Shown: one piece after another, positions 50,762 through 59,287 of the stretch
Layout of the letters: every line of letters starts with the position of its first letter
Position numbering within the stretch: the first letter of the stretch is position 1
Sequence record: PQ850593.1
From: Escherichia phage AidaStucki_Bas93
Length of the DNA stretch: 64,000 nt
Direction: 5' to 3' (one strand)
Position numbers and translations under genes: made by a program
The notes under the pieces: generated by a model
Told to the model about the DNA's origin: nothing
The model's input: only the letters and a program-made list of their open reading frames with translations
Databases searched by the model: none

Positions 50762-51958
50762 TTATTTTCCTAAAAATAATCCGCTCATAATACCATCCCA
50801 CTCAGAGGATGGAATCACTGAATACTCCGAACTTTGGTCCAGAGTTCCACTACTAAATCTCTGAACAATGTTATAGATGTTGAACAGGTCTTTAGCCTCA
50901 GTACGGATACCGTAGACTAATTTATCAGATGTTCTTTCATCTTTAGATACCCGACGAGCAAAATTAACCAGAAGGTTGTCACATTTAAGCGTTTCTGACC
51001 CACTCTCTACCAAATCAGGGTGCATCACAGGCAAGAACATCGAGTTATTGACTCGCAACTCTGCTGTTTCGTCATTCTCATAATGAATCCACTTAAAGTC
51101 TTCATCACGGAAGTGACCACAACCGTCTCTGTACGACTGCTGACGCCAAGGCACTTTAAATGCTTTAGCATACTTATCAGCCATGCCAACTGTAAACAAC
51201 GACGCTGGGAAGATGCAAGCATCCCAATCATTACCGACCAGAGTTGCTTTCGTTTCACCCAAGAGGTTAGTATAAGTGCTAATCATTCGGGAATAAATAT
51301 AAGCCTGAAGGATTGTCCAACCTTCAATCAACCATTTATGAAGGAAGGTTTCAACTTGACTCTCTTCGTCTTCGCAATAGAAGGTTCGGTCTAGCATTAA
51401 ATAGAACAGACAACGATCAGCAGGGATGTTCTCAGTTGCTACACCCATAAAACCTTTCTCGTGCCAGCGTAAACAGGAGGGACGATCTTTGTCCACAAAT
51501 GCTTCCATAGCTTCCAGTACAGCACGAGGTGAGGTTTGGTATTCAGGGTTTTTACTATTCCAACGATCAATGTTGTTCTTAGGAGGTGTGTCTTCATCTT
51601 CATACGAACACCAACTTAAAGCTTCAGATACGTGCTTTTCATCACACCAATGCCTAAAACCTAACATCTTCATGTGAGTTCCGGAGTTCCAGATATGCTT
51701 GATTTTACACATATCCATCTCTCGGCTTAACAGGAACTCTTCCCCATCAGCGCTACGAACGTTAGCTTCTTCATTCCACACTCGAACGTGCATATTCCAC
51801 CCATAAGTTGCCTCATACGTGTTAGGGTCGAAGTATTCATATTCGTCATCATCTTCATCAACGCCACCGTTATAGTTGCGGAGCTGAAGGAATCCATAGC
51901 AAGGAGGATAGACCGTTAAAACTCTACCTTCAATATCTTCTAATGTTACTGGAAACAT
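50762..51958 (-). CDS. hypothetical Trp/Cys/His-rich acidic protein (amidoligase island)
   Basis: 398-aa ORF, first gene of the tightly packed block. Confidence 0.45.
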   Translation of the reverse strand: MFPVTLEDIEGRVLTVYPPCYGFLQLRNYNGGVDEDDDEYEYFDPNTYEATYGWNMHVRVWNEEANVRSADGEEFLLSREMDMCKIKHIWNSGTHMKMLGFRHWCDEKHVSEALSWCSYEDEDTPPKNNIDRWNSKNPEYQTSPRAVLEAMEAFVDKDRPSCLRWHEKGFMGVATENIPADRCLFYLMLDRTFYCEDEESQVETFLHKWLIEGWTILQAYIYSRMISTYTNLLGETKATLVGNDWDACIFPASLFTVGMADKYAKAFKVPWRQQSYRDGCGHFRDEDFKWIHYENDETAELRVNNSMFLPVMHPDLVESGSETLKCDNLLVNFARRVSKDERTSDKLVYGIRTEAKDLFNIYNIVQRFSSGTLDQSSEYSVIPSSEWDGIMSGLFLGK

Positions 51959-51969
51959 TATACCAACCT

Positions 51970-52332
51970 CTATTGGTTTTTAATCAACTCAATAGACTTA
52001 CGGATATAAAGAATATCTCGGAAGTTTCTGTAGTTGTTCATAAATTGATGCTTCTGGAACTCAGCTTCTTCCAGAGCTTTCTTTGCGTCTGCATAGCCCT
52101 TACGAGCAAGATATACAACACGCTCTGGTAACATGTTTGCACGATGGATTAGATACTTGTGAGCTTTCATGTTGCTTTGCTCACGAGCAATCTTACCTTT
52201 AGCAACTTTGATACCATTTGCAATCCAAGCAAGTTCTTGCTCAAGCTCATCGTTGGACATTCCACCGAGGTTTGATGCAACCTTGTTCAGAGTTTCAATA
52301 TTAACGTTGCCCTTGATGGGACGTGTATTCAT
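51970..52332 (-). CDS. hypothetical protein
   Basis: 120-aa basic helical ORF. Confidence 0.4.
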   Translation of the reverse strand: MNTRPIKGNVNIETLNKVASNLGGMSNDELEQELAWIANGIKVAKGKIAREQSNMKAHKYLIHRANMLPERVVYLARKGYADAKKALEEAEFQKHQFMNNYRNFRDILYIRKSIELIKNQ

Positions 52333-52334
52333 AC

Positions 52335-52487
52335 TTACTCCTGTTGTTTACACTCGTCAATAACCCACTGATAAGTGGATTGCCCAGAAAAGAAACACTG
52401 AATAAATCCAGACGTTCTCTGCGTTACCAGTGCTAGTGCACAAATCACTACCGCTGCTGCTAGCAGTTTTAAATCTAATTTAGACAT
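52335..52487 (-). CDS. small secreted or membrane protein
   Basis: From ATG 52487 (SD GAGAGGAAAT): MSKLDLKLLAAAVVICALALVTQ signal/TM segment; 50 aa. Confidence 0.35.
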   Translation of the reverse strand: MSKLDLKLLAAAVVICALALVTQRTSGFIQCFFSGQSTYQWVIDECKQQE

Positions 52488-52717
52488 ATTTCCTCTCTTT
52501 GAATTTAAAAAAGGACTCTCCGAAAAGAGCCAAGCTTTAAATCCAAAAAAGATATTACCCAATATCTGTGGATAACCTGCTCTTAAAATATCTATCCGAC
52601 GGATGTTTGAGGAACACTCCTCGCCCTAGCATCGGCCCCATACGGGAAATAAATTAAGATTAGGTTAGTTGAGTCAGAATAACTCACATAGCCTTCTCCG
52701 GAAGAAGGCTATAGATG

Positions 52718-52951
52718 TTACTCGCCTTTCTTAGCACGATCTTTGGCAGTTTTGCCAGTGCGGATGCGGTGTGAAACGTTAACCAGAGTGCCGCCATCAA
52801 CTACGGTAACGCTCTTGTTTTTAGCCAGATCAAACACAGCCTTCTCTGTGCCACCCAAGCGAATTTGCTTAGGCTCACTGAAGGTTTGGGTTGATTTGGA
52901 TTGGAACTGGAACGGTTGACGGATTGCATCAATTGCACTTACTTTAGACAT
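52718..52951 (-). CDS. hypothetical protein
   Basis: 77-aa ORF with SD AAGGAA; a 10-bp stem hairpin (52692-52716) lies just downstream. Confidence 0.4.
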   Translation of the reverse strand: MSKVSAIDAIRQPFQFQSKSTQTFSEPKQIRLGGTEKAVFDLAKNKSVTVVDGGTLVNVSHRIRTGKTAKDRAKKGE

Positions 52952-53251
52952 AGGGGAAATTCCTTAAAAAGTCATGGCTGCGTAGAGGGAATTCCCTACG
53001 CAAATTGGGCCGCCTAAAAAGAGGCGTCATAGTACTAAAAGGAGGAGAGAAGAGGGCTTATTTAGCTACCTTTTTCTGACCATTTACGAACCAGATAATT
53101 GTGCCATCAGGCTGCCGTTGACCGAAGCCTTTAATAGTTAGCATGTCTTCCGAAAACTCTTTAAAAGTAATCATTTACTTATCCTTACATTAGAGTTAAT
53201 ATGATCTCTGCTTTGGCAAACTTCTCACCAACTTCGAGAGTATCAGCAATC

Positions 53252-53497
53252 CTACTCCTGAACCACAGACATACGAATCATTTCCACCGGAGTGTCACCC
53301 TTCATAACACCCAGCACACCAGACATAAGGTTAACTGTGGTAATCCAGTCTTTTTCTACAGAGATTTTGCTGGACACATTGGCAACACGCATATAATACT
53401 GAGGTGATGCTGAACCTCGCTGGACTACGAAAGGATTTCCGGGGATGATAGTATCCAGCGGATGTGTGTTATCTTTAATCTTAGGGATAATTTTCAT
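53252..53497 (-). CDS. hypothetical protein
   Basis: 81-aa ORF. Confidence 0.35.
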   Translation of the reverse strand: MKIIPKIKDNTHPLDTIIPGNPFVVQRGSASPQYYMRVANVSSKISVEKDWITTVNLMSGVLGVMKGDTPVEMIRMSVVQE

Positions 53498-53505
53498 CTT
53501 GATTC

Positions 53506-53817
53506 CTATTTAAGTTTGAGGCTGATATTAAGGTGCATACACGCCCTGTTCTGTACAGCGGCATAACTTCTGCCGAGCATGTCTGCCATTCTCTGAATAG
53601 GCATGAACCCAGCATTACGAATAACAAACTGATCTTCTTCTTCCGTCCACTTGACACGAAGAGTAGCTCTGGAAATTTTGAACTTGGTACAGGCTGTGTT
53701 AACAGCATTCTCTGTAACATTCATAATCTGAGCAACCTCTTGAACCGAGTACTCTTTGATCAGTCTCCGAAGATTTTCAATCTGCATCGGAGTCCATATA
53801 GTTCTTCGTGCTTTCAT
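53506..53817 (-). CDS. putative helix-turn-helix DNA-binding protein
   Basis: 103 aa; YSVQEVAQIMNVTENAVNTA and SYAAVQNR segments look like tandem HTH units. Confidence 0.4.
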   Translation of the reverse strand: MKARRTIWTPMQIENLRRLIKEYSVQEVAQIMNVTENAVNTACTKFKISRATLRVKWTEEEDQFVIRNAGFMPIQRMADMLGRSYAAVQNRACMHLNISLKLK

Positions 53818-53860
53818 ATACCCTCCAATTAAACATTTATATAAGACTTGCTTAGATAAA

Positions 53861-53896
53861 GATTCAATAAAATAGGGGGAGGGGACGAATCCTCCC
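53861..53896 (-). terminator. possible terminator
   Basis: Stem GGGAGG / CCTCCC with 8-nt loop; T-rich run on the minus strand after the hairpin. Confidence 0.35.
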
Positions 53897-54311
53897 TTAT
53901 CCTATTAATTAGTATTGCATGTAAGATCTAACAATCGGTTTCCTTTGTAGGAATAAGCGTTATGCTCATCCAGCACTAAACTCCCGCCCCCTTAGTGGGC
54001 TGGGTTATTAAAGGGTAACGCCCTTATGGGCTAGTTACGTGAATGTTAGTTTGATAGGAGATCTGAAGTCCTATCTCAAAGGACTCTCGTAAGAATCCTT
54101 CACGATAAGCTCTTAATATACTAATCCGTGTAAGAGAAACACTCTCTTAGTTAACTCTGCTTTAGCTCTGTAATAAGCCGTAGAACCTAACAGGCGGCTC
54201 TTAACAAAGAACTTGATGTCATTGCTTACGTCTTGTATTAAACGCTCCTGTACAGCTTCTGAGGAGCTATTAATTGAATCAATTAACACCTTTGTAGATG
54301 TGTAATTCACA

Positions 54312-54593
54312 TCACCACTCCTTACCGGTTGTAGTTGTAGAGCCACCACACCACTGTGCATTAGATAAGGTTTTAGTCTCCTCATCCATTGCTGCACCAT
54401 TCATGCATGAGATACCATTGTAACGCATATCAATTTCGCCAGAAGGAACCTTCTCACCTTTATGCCAGCGAGATACACAAATACCTTCCACTGCTACTGC
54501 ACACCATCCATCAGGACGGCTCTGTACACAGCCTGTAAGGGCCACACAGACAAGGAAGATACAGATTAAGGATATTACACCACCCCAACTCAT
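54312..54593 (-). CDS. putative lipoprotein
   Basis: From ATG 54593 (SD GGAGG): MSWGGVISLICIFLVCVALTGC has a signal peptide plus lipobox LTGC; Cys-rich mature part. Confidence 0.45.
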   Translation of the reverse strand: MSWGGVISLICIFLVCVALTGCVQSRPDGWCAVAVEGICVSRWHKGEKVPSGEIDMRYNGISCMNGAAMDEETKTLSNAQWCGGSTTTTGKEW

Positions 54594-54604
54594 AACACAC
54601 CTCC

Positions 54605-54708
54605 AAGAGCTTCTAGCGAGGATGACAGGGTTCGAACCTGCATACTCCAATTACTTCTTTAACGACCGCTTAGAAGGCGGGGAAGATACATCCTCGCTAG
54701 AAGCTCTT
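54605..54708. repeat. 20-bp perfect inverted repeat enclosing a 64-bp structured core
   Basis: AAGAGCTTCTAGCGAGGATG (54605-54624) is the exact reverse complement of 54689-54708; the core holds two short hairpins including the palindromic GGTTCGAACC. Confidence 0.6.
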
Positions 54709-55213
54709 ATTTATTATTGAAACCCTTGCTCCAGTAATACTTACCATTGCAAGACCTACTACAAAAATGATTTTGGTTTTCTTTGTGGACCTTGTTACTC
54801 CTTCTCTCAAAAGATGTGCCACAATTACTGCAAACCAAAGTTATGACCACACCCTTAGGTCTGTTCTCTAAGGTCTTCTTTAAGTGATCATTTGTGCTTA
54901 GAATCTGAAGGTTAGATATCTCATCATTGGTTGGATTTTGATCAACATGATCTACCTCTTCCTCTGTAGTGAGATATCTTCCTATGTGGCAGGACATTAA
55001 GTACCTAGCATAAGAAACAGTAGACCTGTCTTTATCAGAGTTGTAAAGATCTACAACCCTTCTCCCCTCTCGATTTTGACGAAGATATCCCCACCTCCAG
55101 TCATTGCAGTAGGGATAATCTAATTGTATTTTCAAATTACCTCCTGCTCTATCCATTGAGCTAAGAGCGCTTAATTTATTTAGATCATATCTCGCTTGGT
55201 GATAGGACCACAC
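54707..55213 (-). CDS. HNH homing endonuclease with C-terminal zinc ribbon
   Basis: EVDHVDQNPTNDEISNLQILSTNDH HNH core plus CSNCG...CSRSC. Confidence 0.65.
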   Translation of the reverse strand: MWSYHQARYDLNKLSALSSMDRAGGNLKIQLDYPYCNDWRWGYLRQNREGRRVVDLYNSDKDRSTVSYARYLMSCHIGRYLTTEEEVDHVDQNPTNDEISNLQILSTNDHLKKTLENRPKGVVITLVCSNCGTSFERRSNKVHKENQNHFCSRSCNGKYYWSKGFNNK

Positions 55214-55233
55214 ACTTTACATTCATACCAACC

Positions 55234-55485
55234 TTAAGCACATGCAGGGAGTGTGATGATTTCAGGTTTACCTTCGAACTCTTCAAACAAACCCAAGAAT
55301 GTAGGGCTATACGTACCAGTACAAACAAACTCATCAAAGAGTTCATTGTATGAGGGCTTAATCTTCCAAGCCCACACATAGCCCATCTTATCAATTGCAA
55401 TGTAACGAGTGTTTAGAGGAACAGTCATCATCACACCATCAACTTCGACCACTTTAGTGATTGGTGCAGCTTGGAAGTTTTTCAT
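55234..55485 (-). CDS. hypothetical protein
   Basis: 83-aa ORF. Confidence 0.4.
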   Translation of the reverse strand: MKNFQAAPITKVVEVDGVMMTVPLNTRYIAIDKMGYVWAWKIKPSYNELFDEFVCTGTYSPTFLGLFEEFEGKPEIITLPACA

Positions 55486-55500
55486 ACTTTACCCTTAATT

Positions 55501-55540
55501 AAAACAACAAAGGCCACCCGATTGGGCAGCCTTTTTTATT
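55501..55540. terminator. hairpin terminator, same GGCCACCC family as 33592-33620
   Basis: GGCCACCC-GATT-GGGCAGCC flanked by an A-run upstream and TTTTTTATTT downstream. Confidence 0.5.
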
Positions 55541-55984
55541 TGTTAACTGTTATAGATCCAATTACCTTGCTTGTTACGGATAGTGGACATTGCATGAACC
55601 CAGAAGCCTTCCAGTTTCAGAGCACCATTAGTTACTGCATCCATACGTTCAGGGCGGTTCATACGTTTGGTTGATACTTTCATACCTATCTCTCTCTTTG
55701 TTAGTGGAGGCATTATTGCCAGTTGATATAGCAGATAACCCTATTAAAAGGACTACCGACTATCTAAACTGGTGAAGACTCCCTACCCCTAGAGAGTCTC
55801 CTGAATCCCAAACCAATATGTACCCCTACATATCGGAAAGTCTACCGAAAATTAACAGGTTTTAGTCTAACACCGGATGTTCGAGCAAGCTCTCCCTAGC
55901 GGTGTGGCATATGCCTGATTTAATAAGTTAATGAGGAACACCCTCACATAGCCCTCTGATAAGCACAAGGGCTATAAGTCGGTG

Positions 55985-56281
55985 TTACTTGTCGGCTTCA
56001 ATCTCTTGATGCTTAGCTATAGCTACTCTCAAGTCCTCATTAGCACGAGTAAGGCGTAATACTTCATGGTTGAGATTCTGAAGACGCTTGTTTCTATCTT
56101 CAACTTGCGTAATAAGATCATTAAGAGTTTCTTTAACTTTCTCACTATACATCTCATCCACTCGGACTAGAGATTTGTACATTCTCTCCCAGCTTGCTGC
56201 TTTGTTCCTAAGGATAATAAATCCTATAACGCTGATAGTTAAACAGCTTACAAAAAGGAATTTATATATCTCTAAAGTCAT
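55985..56281 (-). CDS. membrane-anchored coiled-coil protein
   Basis: N-terminal TM segment (FLFVSCLTISVIGFIIL) followed by a charged heptad-like region. Confidence 0.4.
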   Translation of the reverse strand: MTLEIYKFLFVSCLTISVIGFIILRNKAASWERMYKSLVRVDEMYSEKVKETLNDLITQVEDRNKRLQNLNHEVLRLTRANEDLRVAIAKHQEIEADK

Positions 56282-56480
56282 ATTATTTACCCTTTATCAG
56301 AGATTAAAAGTAATATTATTTAAGTAAGTTATATTTAGTAAACTTATTTTCTAAGAAATTTTCAAAGGGTCTATATACAGAGCATTACCCATAGTCCCAG
56401 AACACTACCATCTTTTTCAATAAATTTACTAAGTGGTTGGTTTATAAAGGAATTTAGTTTGTCAAATCTGGCACTAGAGA

Positions 56481-56870
56481 TTATTCCCTAGAGCTATTAT
56501 CGAACACTAAATCACCACAATACATAGGATTGGCATACCATTTTGGCACCCCTTCGCTCTTACTCTGAAAGTAAGTCCCACTATACAGCGGAACATAATT
56601 CTTCTTAAGGGCACGTTTAGCAAGTCGCTCGCTTTCTCCAATGGCTTGCTTAGTCATCGGATTTTTATCACGAATCAGCTTTACATAACGTTTATAAGGT
56701 TTCTCCTGTTTTAATAGTACCGGAATCCACTCAAACTGGTTCTTTTGTCTTATCACCTGTTCAGCGGTCAGTTTTCGTTGGGCCATTCTATTTATCACGG
56801 TATCCGCAACTAAAGCCTTACATGCGGTTGGCTGATTCCCTGCCTCATAATAAATAGTCAATGTCAACAT
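56481..56870 (-). CDS. cell wall hydrolase (SleB / Hydrolase_2-like)
   Basis: IYYEAGNQPTACKALVADTVINR and QFEWI fit the SleB-type hydrolase pattern. Confidence 0.5.
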   Translation of the reverse strand: MLTLTIYYEAGNQPTACKALVADTVINRMAQRKLTAEQVIRQKNQFEWIPVLLKQEKPYKRYVKLIRDKNPMTKQAIGESERLAKRALKKNYVPLYSGTYFQSKSEGVPKWYANPMYCGDLVFDNSSRE

Positions 56871-57110
56871 TAGCTGGGCCGTTGTTATCAGAACTTGCTA
56901 CCTCCTGTTTTACGGGCATAAAAAAGCCCCAGCCGTAGCCGGGGCAAACCTGAAAGCAACGCATGACCATTGCTATAAATACACTCGCAAATGCACTTAC
57001 AGCAACGCAAAAAGCCGCTCAAAGGCGGCTATGTGGAAGCTTCAAATGGGGAGAGGGCACGACGCGGCAGAAAGAGCGTCATAGTACTAAAAGAGGGGGC
57101 TGCATTCCTA

Positions 57111-57554
57111 CTACTTAACCCTTGCTTCTTTGATGGGGTCAATGTATTTTTCAACTCCCCACTTGCGTTTACTGTCAGCGTAGAAAACATCAGGTGCACA
57201 CTGGCTTGTCTTAGGAAATGCTTGCGGGTCTTTCGTGCTACCTTTAAACTTCTGTTTACCACGGGTGCGACCATTACAGAAGATCTCTAACTTCTTCTCT
57301 TCTTCTGTTTTAGCTCCACCGCTCCGTAATAAAGAGCGTTTATGATCGGCTAACAATAACGCATCAGCACGATGGACACGATGACCTAAACGTTTTGCCA
57401 CACTGGAAGGAATAGGAGATTCAGCTTCAGCCTTTGCAGCACGACGTTTTAAACTACGCTTGCTAATGTGATTAGTTGCCTTTGGTTTCTCTTTCTCCAA
57501 TTCAGAAATAGAAAAACAACGCCCGCCCTTCATGCTGATTTTAGATTTAGCCAT
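57111..57554 (-). CDS. hypothetical basic protein
   Basis: 147-aa Lys/Arg-rich ORF. Confidence 0.4.
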   Translation of the reverse strand: MAKSKISMKGGRCFSISELEKEKPKATNHISKRSLKRRAAKAEAESPIPSSVAKRLGHRVHRADALLLADHKRSLLRSGGAKTEEEKKLEIFCNGRTRGKQKFKGSTKDPQAFPKTSQCAPDVFYADSKRKWGVEKYIDPIKEARVK

Positions 57555-58378
57555 TATCTTATTCCTTTCAGTGATAAGTTATATCGGGCAAGCCCATCAA
57601 GGCGATAGGCTTGAACAAATAACTCAACCAAGTAAACCAAATGATTTCCAACTACGCAGTAAGATCGTACCATCATCCATAGTTACGCATAATTTTAGTA
57701 GTCGCTTACTGGTACTGCTCACCGTTGTGATTCGTCCGGTTGTGCATTTACCTTTATTGCTATAAAGATATATAACACGATGGCCTAACAAGCGGGAAGG
57801 AGCTTTCTTAAATTCTGAGATGTTAGTGATCATTATCCATATACCTTAACATGATTGATTCGACGTGAATGATGATAAGAAGACTCAACAGCCATTGCCT
57901 TTAATTCTTCTTTTCGTTGGTTAGTGTGTACAATATCCCAATGATTATGATCGTGTTGGCGCTGTAATATCTTACTACATTTGCGATGGTTTCCCGTGCT
58001 GCGACGTTTCTCACAAATAGGACACTTGCCAAAATTATTACTGAATATCATTTTCTCAATCCTAACTTTCTTAAGACACGGCCTAACGTTGTTTCTTGGG
58101 TGATAGTATACCTGACCGCTTCACGTTCCAACGTTTCAATCTTCATTGGCGACGGATACCATTCACCGGTAAGCATACACCTATACTCAACGCCATACTT
58201 TTTAGATAGGCGGTAATGTTGACCGTTGACAAGATTCCTATAAATCGTGGTATGCGTCGTTAACATAATCGTCACCTTTGATTAGATTCTTTGATTAGTA
58301 CACTGAATCAATGCACTGATAAAAGAAAAGGCGCTACCCGTTAAAGATAGCGCCTTATGTTTATTTAGATTGTCTTAC

Positions 58379-59287
58379 TTATGCCGCCTGACGTGCCGCC
58401 ATAATTTCAGCCGCTTTGCGCAATACTTCTTCTTCTTCTGCTTTCGCCGCTTGTTCGGTACGGGTAGCAACCGTTGAAGAGATACGACCGCGCAGATTAT
58501 CTAACTTCTCTTGCATAGCTGCGATGGTCTTTTCCATTTCATCAGCGTATGAGTCCAGTGATTCTAGTTCCTTGCTCGATGCGTTCATCAGATAATCATC
58601 CGAGATCGCTACCGTCGAGGCCGTGACTTTCTTGATCAGTGAGTCAAAGGATTTTTTAACCTTCCCTACTTCTTCACTTAAGGCAATAGTGTTATCACTG
58701 GTAGCGCCGTTGCGCTCGTCAGCCAGCAATTTAGCTTCAATACGGATTGCATTCAAGCGGTCAACTAAAGCGTAAATATCCTGATTAAAATCTTCCTTGT
58801 TTTTCGCCGGGATTTGCAGGTGTGCCGCCACGTTGTCATTGCAACCTTTATAGAAGTTAGGATTATCTACTTCAATTGCACGACCTAACGCAAAGTTTTC
58901 GAAAGCATTTGACCAGCGAGCGCGGTTTTGTTCCATTTTGGCCTTAATTTGCGCTTCTTTCGCATCTTCTTTCGCTTTCGCTTCACCTTCCAGATTAATC
59001 CATTTTTTACGACCGTTTGCCGCACCAGTATTAAACTTGATTGGAGTTAAGAAAGTAATTGCAGTGGCAATAACATCCATATCGCGGAAACGTTCAGTTA
59101 ACAGAAAATCGACCGCCGCTTGCAATACATCTAACTTTTTACCGTTGCTGCGAAAGTGCTGCAAATGCCCTAAAAGGAAGTTAGAAACATCTTGTTTAAT
59201 CGCCGCGTTATTATTGCGGATGTTGTTTGCCAGCGCGTTAAAACCGGATTCTTTTACCAGATTAAAAACTTTAGCCATGATATTCAC
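58379..59287 (-). CDS. hypothetical coiled-coil protein, compositionally atypical (CpG-rich codons)
   Basis: 302-aa ORF; GCG/CGN-rich codon usage unlike the rest of the window. Confidence 0.5.
   Translation of the reverse strand: MNIMAKVFNLVKESGFNALANNIRNNNAAIKQDVSNFLLGHLQHFRSNGKKLDVLQAAVDFLLTERFRDMDVIATAITFLTPIKFNTGAANGRKKWINLEGEAKAKEDAKEAQIKAKMEQNRARWSNAFENFALGRAIEVDNPNFYKGCNDNVAAHLQIPAKNKEDFNQDIYALVDRLNAIRIEAKLLADERNGATSDNTIALSEEVGKVKKSFDSLIKKVTASTVAISDDYLMNASSKELESLDSYADEMEKTIAAMQEKLDNLRGRISSTVATRTEQAAKAEEEEVLRKAAEIMAARQAA

Noticed and set aside
53877-53896. tRNA T-arm-like hairpin GGGAGG-GGACGAAT-CCTCCC
   Set aside because: Loop is 8 nt and lacks the T-loop consensus; no flanking acceptor or anticodon arms; better explained as a terminator hairpin.
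54605-54708. tRNA gene suggested by the GGTTCGAACC T-arm-like hairpin and an anticodon-like 7-nt loop
   Set aside because: No D-arm can be formed; the closing stem is 20 bp rather than a 7-bp acceptor stem; GGTTCGAACC is itself palindromic, which explains the T-loop resemblance on both strands.
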